From the NCBI GenBank assembly GCA_013002295.1, contig JABDKI010000225.1:1-50242 (forward strand): a DNA stretch of 50,242 bases. Reading direction: 5' to 3'. The notes under the pieces are model-generated. The model saw only the letters and a list, made by a program, of their open reading frames with translations, did not search any database and was not told where the DNA came from. The DNA is from Altererythrobacter sp. Lineage in GTDB: Bacteria; Pseudomonadota; Alphaproteobacteria; Sphingomonadales; Sphingomonadaceae. The position numbers and the translations under genes are program-made. Of the stretch, positions 28,776 to 39,163 are shown one piece after another. Position 1 is the first letter of the stretch, and every line of letters begins with the position of its first letter.

Positions 28776-29207
28776 ATGAAACGCATACTATTGAGCAGCA
28801 TCGCAGCTGCATCTCTAGCCTTTACCGCAGCACCTGCAACCGCGCAGGATGAGCAGGAAGAGGCGCGGACAACATACACCGTGGAATTCTTGCGTTTTGC
28901 GCCGGGCAAGGCGGACACATGGACGGAAATGCGCGAAAAGTACTGGGTTCCTGCATCCAAAGCGGCAGGACTTCCAGTACCCACAGTTCATTGGATGATG
29001 GATGGAGAGTGGGATCTGATGGTAATTCGTGAGGTTCCACGCGGCATGGCAGCTTTCGACAAGCACGGGTCGCCTGAAGGGGCGCGATGGAACGAAGAGT
29101 TTCTGAAACTGGTCGGCGGTGAAGAAGCTGCTGCTGCCCTTCGCGAGAAAAACGGCCAACTGATTGAATCCTCGGCACGTTATTTCAGTCACACTCATCC
29201 AGACTAA
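28776..29207 (+). CDS. Secreted hypothetical protein (possibly NIPSNAP/dimeric alpha-beta barrel-like)
   Basis: AGGGGG SD, Sec signal peptide (...APATA/Q), followed by a terminator-like hairpin; fold guess is inference. Confidence 0.75.
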   Translation: MKRILLSSIAAASLAFTAAPATAQDEQEEARTTYTVEFLRFAPGKADTWTEMREKYWVPASKAAGLPVPTVHWMMDGEWDLMVIREVPRGMAAFDKHGSPEGARWNEEFLKLVGGEEAAAALREKNGQLIESSARYFSHTHPD

Positions 29208-29239
29208 GCGAAAGTCAGTCTGAGGACACACATTGATAA

Positions 29240-29275
29240 CAAGGGCGCCATGTCATTCCAGATGTGGCGCCCTTG
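29240..29275. terminator. Hairpin between convergent genes
   Basis: CAAGGGCGCCATGTC-ATTCCA-GATGTGGCGCCCTTG, 15-bp stem with 2 G.U pairs. Confidence 0.65.
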
Positions 29276-29313
29276 CTACGTCGGAAAGCCACCAAGCGCC
29301 GGCATCCGTATTG

Positions 29314-30522
29314 CTAATACAACAACAAATCCCGCACATCCGCGATCCACGCTGCTTCGTCATTGCTCGCTAACGCATCCAGATCAGCAGGCTTGGCAGC
29401 AGAGTCATCGACCCATTCGCGCAACGCTGGTCCGCCGTTGATCACATCAATCGCAAGCACATTGTCCGTGTACTCATATTTGAAGTCGGTCCCGCGCCAT
29501 AATTGGTAGTCCGGATAGAGGTTGCGAATCGCCTTGAAGGCCAGCGCCTGCATCCTCCACGGCTTGAATGCGTCAGGATCGTAGTGCGGACCCTCTGCGT
29601 GTATCATCAACGCGTTACATAGCTTACCTGCATGTTTGTGGAAGGTCGGTTCAAACCAGCATTCACGGATCGCGCAGCCTTCCATCCAGTCAGGTGCGAG
29701 CTTCCACATTTCGGCCAAAACCGCCTTCGCGTCGATGTCTGGCGCGCCGAACAGCACCTCCAGCGGGCGCGTCGTCCCTCTGCCCTCACTCACCGTCGCG
29801 CCTTCGATCATCACCGTGCCCGCATAGGCGCGCGCCATGTTCACATTGGCTGCATTGGGTGACGGATTGATCCAGATACGGTCCGTCGGCCATCCATGCC
29901 CGGGTCCGTCCGGTTCCCAACCGTGCATCTCGATCACGCGGTAATCGACATCAAGATCGAAGTGGCGGATGAACCAATGTCCCATCTCGCCCAAGGTCAG
30001 TCCGTGCCGCATGGGAATCGGCGCAGCGCCAACAAAGCTCTCATTGCCCGGAACGAGTAGGGTACCTTCAACAGGCCGTCCTGCCGGATTAGGCCGGTCT
30101 AGTACCCAAACGCCCTTTCGTGATTTCGATGCTTCTTCAAGTAGATAGAGCAAAGTCGTGACAAAGGTGTAGATGCGGCAACCAAGATCTTGCAAGTCGA
30201 ACAAAAACACATCCGCGCTCGACATCATCTGGCCTGTCGGACGCCGCACTTCACCATAAAGCGAGAACACAGGTATGCCGTACTGTGGATCGGTCGCATC
30301 CGCAGTCTCGACCATATTGTCTTGCTTGTCACCTTTCAGCCCATGTTGCGGGCCAAACGCGCTGGTGACGTTGACACCGGCGGCGATCAGCGCGTCCAGA
30401 CTATGCGTCAGGTCTTTGGTCACTGATGCCGGATGCGCGACCAAAGCCACACGTTTGCCATCCAGCTCGCGCAGCAGTGCTGGATCGGCGAGCAGCTGGT
30501 CGATCCCGAATTGCACACTCAT
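29314..30522 (-). CDS. Exo-beta-N-acetylmuramidase NamZ family (DUF1343)
   Basis: FGPQHG, SLYG..R.P, DLQDLGCRIYTF, DRPNP, PSPN and SEGRGTTRP motifs. Confidence 0.88.
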   Translation of the reverse strand: MSVQFGIDQLLADPALLRELDGKRVALVAHPASVTKDLTHSLDALIAAGVNVTSAFGPQHGLKGDKQDNMVETADATDPQYGIPVFSLYGEVRRPTGQMMSSADVFLFDLQDLGCRIYTFVTTLLYLLEEASKSRKGVWVLDRPNPAGRPVEGTLLVPGNESFVGAAPIPMRHGLTLGEMGHWFIRHFDLDVDYRVIEMHGWEPDGPGHGWPTDRIWINPSPNAANVNMARAYAGTVMIEGATVSEGRGTTRPLEVLFGAPDIDAKAVLAEMWKLAPDWMEGCAIRECWFEPTFHKHAGKLCNALMIHAEGPHYDPDAFKPWRMQALAFKAIRNLYPDYQLWRGTDFKYEYTDNVLAIDVINGGPALREWVDDSAAKPADLDALASNDEAAWIADVRDLLLY

Positions 30523-31040
30523 GCGCCCCTCTCCACGCGCAGCTGGCGACAGACTTCGCTATGGAACTCAGGCTTTCCATCGGGGAAAGCCAATGCCCAG
30601 AACTGAATATTGCCCTCAAGGTCCTCGACAATCGCATTCAGAGCCACTTGCGCGGGATCGCGCAGATCCGATGATATACCCGCGCGCAGCAGCAGATCAT
30701 CGGCCGAATGGGTACAAGCTACCGCGATCGCATCAACCGGCCCATCGCGGGAATTCAGGCGAATATCGTCGAAATCATAGCATGCCCATTTTGAAGAAGG
30801 TGACAGGTTGAATTCGCGGTACCACTGGCCGCCATCGGGCTGCCAAAAGATCTCGAAACAGGTTGTCTTCCAAAGGAAATCCTCGCGCAGGGGCGTAGCC
30901 TGCGTAGGGACCTTTATCGCTCCGATGTCTCCGTGAAGGCGAAACTCGGCCGTGCAGCCCCCTGCCGTCGGTGAGAGGTTGGCCGTTACCGATGTGATCG
31001 GCCCAGGCTTGCAATCTGGATGAAGAACTAGCGTATGCAT
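30519..31040 (-). CDS. DOMON-like domain protein
   Basis: [20 protein letters not shown] and FWAL...KPEFH motifs; ATGA overlap with the NamZ-like gene. Confidence 0.8.
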   Translation of the reverse strand: MHTLVLHPDCKPGPITSVTANLSPTAGGCTAEFRLHGDIGAIKVPTQATPLREDFLWKTTCFEIFWQPDGGQWYREFNLSPSSKWACYDFDDIRLNSRDGPVDAIAVACTHSADDLLLRAGISSDLRDPAQVALNAIVEDLEGNIQFWALAFPDGKPEFHSEVCRQLRVERGA

Positions 31041-31121
31041 GGGTTTCAGCCCTATGTCTGTGCGAACAGGCAAGCAAGAGGCTTACGTTCCGGAAAATGC
31101 ATTGCTAGAGGCCTCTCCACA

Positions 31122-32351
31122 ATGAGCACTTACAAATCCGATCTTTTGCGCGTCCTCGACGAACGCGGCTATATCCACCAAACCACTGATGCGGAGGGCT
31201 TGGACAAACTTGCCTGTGACGGCGTTATTCCGGGCTATATCGGCTTTGACGCGACAGCACCTTCGTTGCATGTAGGTAGCATGGTACAGATCATGATGCT
31301 GCGCCGTCTGCAGCAGGCCGGGCATAAGCCGATTGTTGTGATGGGCGGCGGGACAACGAAGATCGGTGATCCGTCAGGCAAGGATGAGAGCCGCAAGCTG
31401 CTGACCGCTGAGCTGATCGATGAGAATATCGCGGGCATACGCACTGTATTTGAACGGCTTTTGACCTTCGGTGATGGGCCCACCGACGCGATCATGGTCA
31501 ATAACGATGAATGGCTAAGCACGCTTGGTTACATCGACTTGCTGCGCGATGTCGGCCCGCATTTCACCATAAACCGCATGCTAACCTTCGATTCAGTCAA
31601 GCTGCGGCTTGAGCGTGAGCAGCCGCTCACGTTCCTGGAATTCAATTACATGATCCTACAGGCCTATGACTACTTGGAGCTTGCGCGCCGTTACGGCTGC
31701 CGGTTGCAGATGGGCGGCAGCGACCAGTGGGGCAACATCGTCAACGGCATGGAACTGTCTCGACGGATGGAAGGGCGAGAGCTGTACGGACTGACCACAC
31801 CTCTACTTACGACCGCTGATGGCGCGAAGATGGGCAAGACCGCGGCTGGCGCGGTCTGGCTGAACGAGGAACAGCTGCCGGGCTACGATTTCTGGCAGTA
31901 CTGGCGGAATACTGATGACCGCGACGTAGGGCGATTCCTTCGCCTGTTCACCGACCTACCATTGGATGAAATTGCCCGACTCGAAGCGCTTGAAGGCGCG
32001 CAGATCAATGATGCCAAGGTCGTGCTCGCCAATGAAGTTACCAAGTTGGTGCGCGGTAACCAAGCCGCCAAAGCGGCTGAGGCCACTGCCACGCAAACAT
32101 TTGCAGGCGGCGGAACCGGAGATGACTTGCCCATTGTGGCAGTCGGCCAAGAAGGCATGCGCATAGGCGCATTGCTGACAGAGATCGGCTTCACAGCCTC
32201 GAATGGCGAAGCGAAACGCAAGATAGCTGAAGGCGCCGTGCGCCTGGATGGATTGCCTATTATCGACCCTGCAACCTTGGTCGAGGTCGGTGAAGGCGAT
32301 CAACGCAAGCTGAGCCTTGGAAAAAAGAAGCACGGCATAGTTACGCGTTAA
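31122..32351 (+). CDS. tyrS: Tyrosine--tRNA ligase
   Basis: [25 protein letters not shown] and KMGKT motifs; S4-like C-terminus. Confidence 0.98.
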   Translation: MSTYKSDLLRVLDERGYIHQTTDAEGLDKLACDGVIPGYIGFDATAPSLHVGSMVQIMMLRRLQQAGHKPIVVMGGGTTKIGDPSGKDESRKLLTAELIDENIAGIRTVFERLLTFGDGPTDAIMVNNDEWLSTLGYIDLLRDVGPHFTINRMLTFDSVKLRLEREQPLTFLEFNYMILQAYDYLELARRYGCRLQMGGSDQWGNIVNGMELSRRMEGRELYGLTTPLLTTADGAKMGKTAAGAVWLNEEQLPGYDFWQYWRNTDDRDVGRFLRLFTDLPLDEIARLEALEGAQINDAKVVLANEVTKLVRGNQAAKAAEATATQTFAGGGTGDDLPIVAVGQEGMRIGALLTEIGFTASNGEAKRKIAEGAVRLDGLPIIDPATLVEVGEGDQRKLSLGKKKHGIVTR

Positions 32352-32502
32352 CCGCCCTATACATCTGTATCATAACGTCTTTTAGTTAGATCAGCTTGAA
32401 TATCCTGGCTCAAGTGTCGTTTTGATCCAACCGGTCTTTACCAAATATCAGCCTTTGACGCGCAAACCGCATATACAGAACGATAACTGGAGGTTGTAAG
32501 CT

Positions 32503-32841
32503 GTGAGTGCCGGAGCAAATCTGAGCGTTACTGATCTACGTCGCGCTGCGCGTCACCCGGTGGATTTCCCGGTGATTGCCGAACACCGCCGCCTTGGCGA
32601 TATTGAACTGCACGTTGCCAATCTGTCAGCCCACGGCTTCATGGTCGATGATGCTGAAGGCATGCAACGCGGAGATCGGGTCATTATTCGTCTGCCAGTT
32701 GTCGGACGCATAGAAGCCTATGTGATTTGGACGCGCGACGAACGTGCCGGCTTCCAGTTCGAACGCATCGTGCGCCTGGACGATTTCCTCGCCATTATTG
32801 ACGAGCTTCAGCCAAACCCGCGTCTGCGCAAGTTGCGCTGA
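32503..32841 (+). CDS. Single-domain PilZ protein
   Basis: RRAARH (RxxxR) and NLSAHG (D/NxSxxG) c-di-GMP motifs; GGAGG SD. Confidence 0.88.
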   Translation: MSAGANLSVTDLRRAARHPVDFPVIAEHRRLGDIELHVANLSAHGFMVDDAEGMQRGDRVIIRLPVVGRIEAYVIWTRDERAGFQFERIVRLDDFLAIIDELQPNPRLRKLR

Positions 32842-32911
32842 ATAGCCAGACCTCGGATCAGATAAATTTTGATATCTTGGCACAGGGCATTCGCCCTGCC
32901 ATGGCGAATGG

Positions 32912-34231
32912 GTGAATCACGCAATCTCCCCCACTCCGCATGACTTGAGCGAGCCATCGCACCCGTTCCGTGTCGTCAACTTCCGTTACTATTGGGTCAG
33001 CCGTCTCAGTATGACGCTGGCGCAATATGCAATGCTGCTGATCATCGGCTGGCAAACCTACAATATCGCGCGTGATGGCGGGATGAGCATCGCCGAAGCG
33101 TCTGGCCAACTGGCGCTGATCGGCCTTCTTCAGTTTCTGCCACTGTTTGTCCTGACCCCGTTTAGCGGGCTCGCCGCAGACAGGTTTGACAGGCGCAAAC
33201 TGGGCCGGCTCACTGTGTTACTCCAGCTAGCATGTGCTTTGGTCTTGGCTTGGTTCAGTTGGACCGAAGAAATTTCGATCCCGATACTGTTCAGTGTGGC
33301 TGTCGTGCTAGGAATAGCGCGCGGCTTTGCTGGCCCTGCGCTATCGGCGCTGTCTCCCAACCTCGTGCCCAAGGCTATACTTCCCACCGCAATCGCGCTT
33401 TCCTCTATATCGTGGCAAGTCGGCATGATTGTCGGGCCAGCTTTGGGCGGCGTACTCTATCGGATCGCGCCCGCCCTGCCCTATGCAGGCGCCGCAGTTC
33501 TTTTTGCCACTTCGGCCATCGCGCTAACTTTGATCGGTAAGGTTCCCCAGCCAGCCACGCGCAAGGATCAGCGGCCAATTGGTGCGATCATTGATGGGCT
33601 GGCCTATGTCGTGCGAAACAAGATGGTCCTTGGCGCGATAACACTCGATCTGTTCGCGGTGTTTCTGGCAGGAGCGACTGCGCTTTTTCCCGTCTATGCA
33701 CGCGATATCCTGCAAGTGGGCGAGATAGGCTTGTCCATGCTTGCTGCCGCTCCGGCGACTGGAGCGGCGCTTACTGCTCTATTCTTCAGCTTTCGCCCAT
33801 TGGAAAGCAATGTTGGCCCCAAGATGCTCTGGGCCGTGGCGATCTTTGGCATTGCGACAATCGTCTTCGGTCTATCCACCAGCATGCCGCTGAGTCTCGC
33901 GATGCTGTTCATTGTCGGCGCAGCGGACATGTTCAGTGTTTACATCCGCCAGTCACTCATCCAGTTGCACACGCCGGACGACAAACGCGGGCGCGTGTCT
34001 TCGGTCAGCCTGCTCACTATCAGCGCCTCGAACGAAGGCGGGGATGCTTTTTCAGGGACCCTCGCTTTCCTTATTGGTCCGGTAGCGGCAGTGGTGGTTG
34101 GCGGTATCGGCGCGCTTGTAACCGTTGGTCTCTGGAGCCGAATATTCCCAGTGTTGCGCACGACAGAGACCTTCGATCCGCCAGAAGACGTGCTACAAAC
34201 AGATCAACGAACAAAATCTCAGGAGGCCTGA
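32912..34231 (+). CDS. MFS transporter (MFS_3/EntS-like)
   Basis: About 12 hydrophobic segments; [10 protein letters not shown] motif A; LDLFAV and RGRVSSV motifs. Confidence 0.9.
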   Translation: MNHAISPTPHDLSEPSHPFRVVNFRYYWVSRLSMTLAQYAMLLIIGWQTYNIARDGGMSIAEASGQLALIGLLQFLPLFVLTPFSGLAADRFDRRKLGRLTVLLQLACALVLAWFSWTEEISIPILFSVAVVLGIARGFAGPALSALSPNLVPKAILPTAIALSSISWQVGMIVGPALGGVLYRIAPALPYAGAAVLFATSAIALTLIGKVPQPATRKDQRPIGAIIDGLAYVVRNKMVLGAITLDLFAVFLAGATALFPVYARDILQVGEIGLSMLAAAPATGAALTALFFSFRPLESNVGPKMLWAVAIFGIATIVFGLSTSMPLSLAMLFIVGAADMFSVYIRQSLIQLHTPDDKRGRVSSVSLLTISASNEGGDAFSGTLAFLIGPVAAVVVGGIGALVTVGLWSRIFPVLRTTETFDPPEDVLQTDQRTKSQEA

Positions 34232-34232
34232 C

Positions 34233-35153
34233 ATGAAAGCCGCAAACATCCTCGAAACGATTGGCAACACCGCGCATATTCGTTTGTCGCGTATGTTTCC
34301 TGATCATGAAGTATGGATCAAGAACGAACGATCCAATCCAGGCGGGTCAATTAAAGACCGGATTGCACTGGCAATGGTGGAGGATGCGGAACAATCGGGC
34401 GCTTTGAAGCCGGGTGGCACCATCATTGAACCGACTAGCGGCAACACGGGCATCGGTCTGGCCATGGTGGCCGCTGTCAAAGGCTATAGGCTGGTGCTAG
34501 TTATGCCGGAAAGCATGTCGCTTGAGCGTCGGCGCCTGATGCTGGCTTACGGTGCATCCTTCGATCTTACACCAAAGGAAAAGGGGATGAAGGGCGCGAT
34601 CGAGCGCGCGCATGAACTGGTCGAGAGCACCGACAACTCCTGGATGCCGAGCCAGTTTGACAATCCTGCGAATGTCGCTGTTCATGTAAAGACCACAGCC
34701 AAGGAAATTCTCGCGGATTTTGCCGAAGCGCCAATTAACGTGATGATCACCGGCGTGGGCACCGGTGGACACCTGACGGGCTCTGCAGAGGAGCTGAAGC
34801 GCCATTGGCCTGATATGAAGGCCTATGCCGTGGAACCGACTCTGTCGCCGGTGATCAGCGGCGGACAACCCGGACCTCACCCCATCCAGGGTATCGGTGC
34901 CGGCTTCATTCCGGGCAATTTGCACACACAGGCCATCGACGGCGCGATTCAGGTTGATCCCGAAGACGCGAAAGAAATGGCACGCCGCGCTGCGAGCGAG
35001 GAAGGCATGCTGATTGGTATTTCATCCGGCGCAACTTTGGCAGCAATCGCACAAAAGCTGAATGATTTGCCCGCTGGATCCCGCGTTCTCGGCTTCAACT
35101 ACGACACAGGCGAGCGATATCTGTCAGTGCCGGACTTCTTGCCAGTCGAATAG
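34233..35153 (+). CDS. cysK: Cysteine synthase A
   Basis: NPGGSIKDR (PLP Lys), [23 protein letters not shown] and DTGERYLS motifs; AGGAGG SD. Confidence 0.95.
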   Translation: MKAANILETIGNTAHIRLSRMFPDHEVWIKNERSNPGGSIKDRIALAMVEDAEQSGALKPGGTIIEPTSGNTGIGLAMVAAVKGYRLVLVMPESMSLERRRLMLAYGASFDLTPKEKGMKGAIERAHELVESTDNSWMPSQFDNPANVAVHVKTTAKEILADFAEAPINVMITGVGTGGHLTGSAEELKRHWPDMKAYAVEPTLSPVISGGQPGPHPIQGIGAGFIPGNLHTQAIDGAIQVDPEDAKEMARRAASEEGMLIGISSGATLAAIAQKLNDLPAGSRVLGFNYDTGERYLSVPDFLPVE

Positions 35154-35176
35154 GCTAGCGAACACCCCACAATACA

Positions 35177-35210
35177 AAAGGCCCGAAGGATTGCTCCTCC
35201 GGGCCTTTCT
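35177..35210. terminator. Bidirectional rho-independent terminator
   Basis: AAAGGCCCG...CGGGCCTTT stem with A/T tails between convergent cysK and the acyl-CoA dehydrogenase. Confidence 0.8.
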
Positions 35211-35231
35211 CGTTCTGTAATTCACATTGAT

Positions 35232-37037
35232 CTAGGCTGCGGTGGCAAAGGCCTCTTCACCGAGTGCCATCATGCTCTCGCTACCGGCTTCGAGCTTGCG
35301 TCGTAGCGCTCCCGCATCGGGCAAGTAACGCTCAGCGTAGTAACGCGCGCTGGTAAGCTTGGCTTCGTAATAAGCCTTGTCCTCGGTTCCCCCGGTCAGA
35401 GCCTGCGTCGCAGCCTTTGCCATGCGCAGCCACATCCAGCCAAGCGTAACAATGCCCATTATGTGCATGTAGTGATGCGCCCCTGCGCCGAGGTGGTTCG
35501 GGTTCTGCATCGCATTGTTCATAAACCACATGGTGGCCGCTTGCTGCTGACCGAGAGCTTTCTCGAGCATGTCCGCGATGTCTTTCAGAGCTTCATCTTC
35601 CTTGGCTGAAGCGATGTCTTCACCAACGGTCTTGAAGAAAGCCTGAATCGCAGCGCCTCCTTTGCTCGCGAGCTTGCGCCCGCAAAGGTCCATAGCCTGA
35701 ATCCCGTTTGTGCCTTCGTAGATCTGAGCAATACGCGCATCGCGGACAAACTGGCTCATGCCCCATTCCTCGACATAGCCGTGGCCGCCGAAAACCTGCT
35801 GCATGTTGGTGGCAATGTCATAGCCCTTGTCAGTGCCATATCCCTTGATGACTGGTGTCAGAAGGCCAATCAGAGCGTCTGCCTGCTCGCGCTCTTCCTC
35901 GGTCTGCGCCTTATGCGTCAAGTCGACCTGCAAAGCGCCCCAGAGGCACAATGCCCGCATGCCTTCAGTGAAGACCTTCGCGTCCATCAGCATCCGGCGA
36001 ACGTCAGGGTGAACGAAAATTGGATCAGCCTTCTCTTCAGGTTCCGTTGGGCCGGTCAGCGCGCGGCCCTGACGACGATCGAGCGCATAGGCAACTGCAT
36101 TCTGGTAAGCGGCTTCAGCTTGCGCGAGGCCCTGGATACCAACGCCGAGGCGCGCGGCGTTCATCATCACGAACATGGCCGCCAGCCCCTTGTTCTCTTC
36201 GCCAACCATCCAACCTTTAGCACCGTCATAGTTGAGCACACAGGTAGCGTTTCCGTGGATGCCCATCTTGTGCTCAATTGAACCACACGACACAGCATTG
36301 CGATCGCCTAGCGAGCCATCATCATTGACCAACATCTTTGGCACCACGAACAGGGATATGCCTTTGGAGCTATCCGGTGCACCCGGTGTCTTGGCGAGAA
36401 CCAGATGAATGATGTTTTCAGTGAGATCGTGCTCGCCTGCCGAGATGAAGATCTTCGTTCCTGTGATCGAATAGCTGCCGTCTGCCTGTGGCTCTGCTTT
36501 GGTGCGGATCATGCCCAAGTCCGTGCCGCAATGCGGCTCAGTCAAGTTCATAGTTCCAAGCCATTCGCCCGAGATCATCTTCGAGACATATTTCTCTTTC
36601 TGTTCGTCTGTCCCTGAAGCGATCAGCGCCGCCACGGCTCCTGTCGTCAATCCTGGATACATGCCGAAGGCCTGATTTGCTGATGCAACGAATTCCTCGA
36701 TCACGAAACCCAGAACGTGCGGCATGCCCTGACCGCCGAATTCTTCGGGAGCAGAGATGGTGCCCCAACCTGCTTCACGATACTGGTTGAAAGCTTCTTT
36801 GAAGCCATCTGGCGTTGTCACGCTACCGTCTTCATGGCGTGTGCAACCTTGCTGGTCACCAATCTGGTTGATCGGCGCCAACACCTCGGAGCAGAACTTG
36901 CCGGCTTCGTTCACAACCGCCTCGACCATGTCGGGTGTGGCCATTTCAAAGCCTGGAAGACTTCCGAAGGTTTCCAGCTCAAGCATTTCGTTGATTACGA
37001 ACCGAGTATCACGGGTGGGGGCGTTGTAGGTGGGCAT
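35232..37037 (-). CDS. Acyl-CoA dehydrogenase (~600-aa DmdC/FadE5-like subfamily)
   Basis: GTMNLTEPHCGTD, GTKIFIS, EHKMGIHG, QVFGGHGY and IYEGTNGIQA motifs. Confidence 0.93.
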   Translation of the reverse strand: MPTYNAPTRDTRFVINEMLELETFGSLPGFEMATPDMVEAVVNEAGKFCSEVLAPINQIGDQQGCTRHEDGSVTTPDGFKEAFNQYREAGWGTISAPEEFGGQGMPHVLGFVIEEFVASANQAFGMYPGLTTGAVAALIASGTDEQKEKYVSKMISGEWLGTMNLTEPHCGTDLGMIRTKAEPQADGSYSITGTKIFISAGEHDLTENIIHLVLAKTPGAPDSSKGISLFVVPKMLVNDDGSLGDRNAVSCGSIEHKMGIHGNATCVLNYDGAKGWMVGEENKGLAAMFVMMNAARLGVGIQGLAQAEAAYQNAVAYALDRRQGRALTGPTEPEEKADPIFVHPDVRRMLMDAKVFTEGMRALCLWGALQVDLTHKAQTEEEREQADALIGLLTPVIKGYGTDKGYDIATNMQQVFGGHGYVEEWGMSQFVRDARIAQIYEGTNGIQAMDLCGRKLASKGGAAIQAFFKTVGEDIASAKEDEALKDIADMLEKALGQQQAATMWFMNNAMQNPNHLGAGAHHYMHIMGIVTLGWMWLRMAKAATQALTGGTEDKAYYEAKLTSARYYAERYLPDAGALRRKLEAGSESMMALGEEAFATAA

Positions 37038-37081
37038 CTGTGTGTCCTTGCTGCAATTAGGTTGCGACTATGGGGAAAGGC

Positions 37082-37540
37082 TCACTTGTTGAGGTTGAGC
37101 GTTTCGATCTGTTTGATGAATTCGCTGAGCTCTTTGATTGACGAGTCAATGTCTGCGCGCTGGCGCTTCAGCTTTGCAACATGCGCTTTGCATTTCTCGG
37201 TTGTAACACGGCGCTGTTCAACACGGCCATCATCAAGATCGTAAAGGTCAATCATTTCGCGGATCTCGACGAGGCTAAAGCCCACATTCTTTGCTCGCAT
37301 GATCCACGCGAGACGAGCCCGATCCCGCTTCGAATATACGCGCGTCAATCCGACCCTTGCGGGCGAGATCAGTCCTTCGTCTTCGTAGAAGCGCAGCGCG
37401 CGCGCAGTGCATTCAAACTCCGTGGTAAGATCGGATATTGAATACTGCTCGCGCTCGAGTTTGTCGGGTCGGTCGATATGGGCTCCGGCATGCTTGCCGT
37501 CCTGAGCCGTTTGGTTCGAGTTTGCTGGTGCTGTTGCCAT
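37082..37540 (-). CDS. MerR family transcriptional regulator (LiuR-like)
   Basis: SISDL..EF..TARALRFYEDEGLI.P.R.G..R.Y...DRARL..I.RAK..GFSL.EI; upstream of an acyl-CoA dehydrogenase. Confidence 0.88.
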   Translation of the reverse strand: MATAPANSNQTAQDGKHAGAHIDRPDKLEREQYSISDLTTEFECTARALRFYEDEGLISPARVGLTRVYSKRDRARLAWIMRAKNVGFSLVEIREMIDLYDLDDGRVEQRRVTTEKCKAHVAKLKRQRADIDSSIKELSEFIKQIETLNLNK

Positions 37541-37554
37541 AACACCCGTCCTAG

Positions 37555-37576
37555 CTTACCCTTACGTTAGCGTCAA
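37555..37576 (-). promoter_or_regulatory. LiuR-type operator / promoter of the MerR regulator
   Basis: Minus strand TTGACGCTAACGTAAG(GGTAAG), close to the LiuR palindrome TT[G/T]ACGTnnACGTAA. Confidence 0.65.
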
Positions 37577-37956
37577 ATCTTGACCCTAACGAGAGTGCCG
37601 TCCCTAACAATCCGATAAAAACACGAATGTTCACCAGTGTGACACGCAGGACCTGCTGGATCGACATACAAAAGCACCGCATCCTGGTCGCAATCTGTAC
37701 GCATTTCGGTGACGCTTAGTGTGTTACCCGAAGTCCCACCTTTCATCCAAAGTTCTTGCCGCGAACGGGACCAGAAATGCGCAATTCCGCTGCTCTGCGT
37801 TTGAGCAATAGCCTGCGCATTCATATGCGCGACCATCAGAACATCTTTAGTCAAAGCCTCGATCACAACCGCGGTGACAAGCCCGGCATCGTTGAATTTG
37901 GGCCGGAATTTCAATGTAGTTTCGGGTGCTTCGGATCCGCCATTGTGATCGGTCAA
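37573..37956 (-). CDS. hisI: Phosphoribosyl-AMP cyclohydrolase
   Basis: FWSRSRQELW.KG.TSG, DCDQD and ACHTG..SCFY motifs; TTG start with GAAGGA SD. Confidence 0.95.
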   Translation of the reverse strand: MTDHNGGSEAPETTLKFRPKFNDAGLVTAVVIEALTKDVLMVAHMNAQAIAQTQSSGIAHFWSRSRQELWMKGGTSGNTLSVTEMRTDCDQDAVLLYVDPAGPACHTGEHSCFYRIVRDGTLVRVKI

Positions 37957-38200
37957 AATGTCTTCCTTCGATGAACGGGTAGTGGCTTACGACGAGATGT
38001 TGCAGGATAACCACATTGCCGCTCCAAAATCGATTGGCAAGTTACTTCACACTTTGAGTTTTGACCTTGCAGTGAGACGTAGCGTCATCGGGCCTAGGCT
38101 CGACCACCAGACAAAGGTGCAAAATGCGCCGGGTTCAGGGGGCAGTCGGAATGCAGCACTCCAAAAGGTAGAGCGCTTTCGGCAAGAACGATGAGGGATA

Positions 38201-38308
38201 GGACCCGAACAACCAATAAGGGGGTGGTTGTTCAAGCTTCTCTGAAGTGGGTTCGTTTAATTTCGTCACGTGGCGCCCGGGGCCTTTCGGCCTCGGGCGT
38301 TATGTTTT
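38201..38308 (+). ncRNA. Candidate small RNA with intrinsic terminator
   Basis: GGACCC/GGGTTC closing stem, 9-bp GAACAACCA/TGGTTGTTC hairpin, CTTC/GAAG hairpin, then an 11-bp GC hairpin plus TTATGTTTT; G.U pairs only on the + strand; no convincing + strand CDS upstream. Confidence 0.4.
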
Positions 38309-39118
38309 CGGACCTTGGATAATCGCCCGACGTTCTCCATGCAGGGCATCTGACATAACCCTTGCAAAGCAAGCGATGGAAACGGACCGAGCGCCACCTT
38401 TCAAAAGAACACGGGTGCACGCATCACTTGTCGCTCCGCTGCTCAGAACGTCATCGACCAGCATGACATCCTGACCAGACAGCATTGTTGCACGTGGAGG
38501 GTTCAAACGAATTGCGCCTGAAAGGGTTTTCTCGCGTTGCTTGCGCCGCATTCCGCCTAGCATTGGCGTATTCCGGATTCGGTAAAGTCCCTCGACAAGG
38601 GCTTTGCCCTTCCCGAACTTTTCCAGTTCTAGCGCAAGAAGCGCGGATTGATTGTATCCACGCCGCCATAGCCGCCACCTGTGGAGTGGTACCGGCACCA
38701 GCAAGGGAGACGACGCCTCACCATCGGTTTGTGGAAGCGTGGACCCAATCATTTCTGCGAGTTGCCGCGCCAAAGCGATCTTTCTGCCATGTTTGAAAGA
38801 GAGGATCAGCTTGCGCGATGCATCATTGTAAATCGTCGCCGCATAGATGCCGGAATGTTTCGGCATACGTTCAAGGCAAACGGCACATTGTACGCCATCG
38901 CCAGTGGTCATGTCGCTTGGGAAAGGCCTGGAGCAAGTCGCACATGCAGGCTCGCCGGGAATGACAAGTTCGCTCCAACATAGCGCGCAGAGCCCGCCTT
39001 GATCGGCTGTCGCGTTCCCGCATATCGGGCAGCGCGGCGGATAAACGAGATCGATTAGCGGTGCAAAGACTTGCGCGGCCTGCGCACGAATCCCTCCGCC
39101 CGATCTGTAGCTGGTCAT
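38300..39118 (-). CDS. comF: ComF family protein (double zinc ribbon plus PRTase domain)
   Basis: CPIC/CALC/CATC/CAVC, PVPLH..R...RGYNQS and VDDVLSSGAT motifs. Confidence 0.9.
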   Translation of the reverse strand: MTSYRSGGGIRAQAAQVFAPLIDLVYPPRCPICGNATADQGGLCALCWSELVIPGEPACATCSRPFPSDMTTGDGVQCAVCLERMPKHSGIYAATIYNDASRKLILSFKHGRKIALARQLAEMIGSTLPQTDGEASSPLLVPVPLHRWRLWRRGYNQSALLALELEKFGKGKALVEGLYRIRNTPMLGGMRRKQREKTLSGAIRLNPPRATMLSGQDVMLVDDVLSSGATSDACTRVLLKGGARSVSIACFARVMSDALHGERRAIIQGPKT

Positions 39119-39163
39119 GCGGCCCTCTTGCGTTGGCAATGTAAGCACGGCAGTGATCACACA

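Noticed and set aside
32352-32502. CtrA box upstream of the PilZ gene
   Set aside because: Only half-site matches (TTAACC, TTTACC) without a properly spaced second half
37958-38235. 78-aa (+) and 62-aa (-) ORFs in the hisI-comF gap, and a short MQHSKR*SAFGKNDEG* pilin-leader-like fragment
   Set aside because: No SD or motif support for the ORFs; the fragment lacks the hydrophobic pilin body
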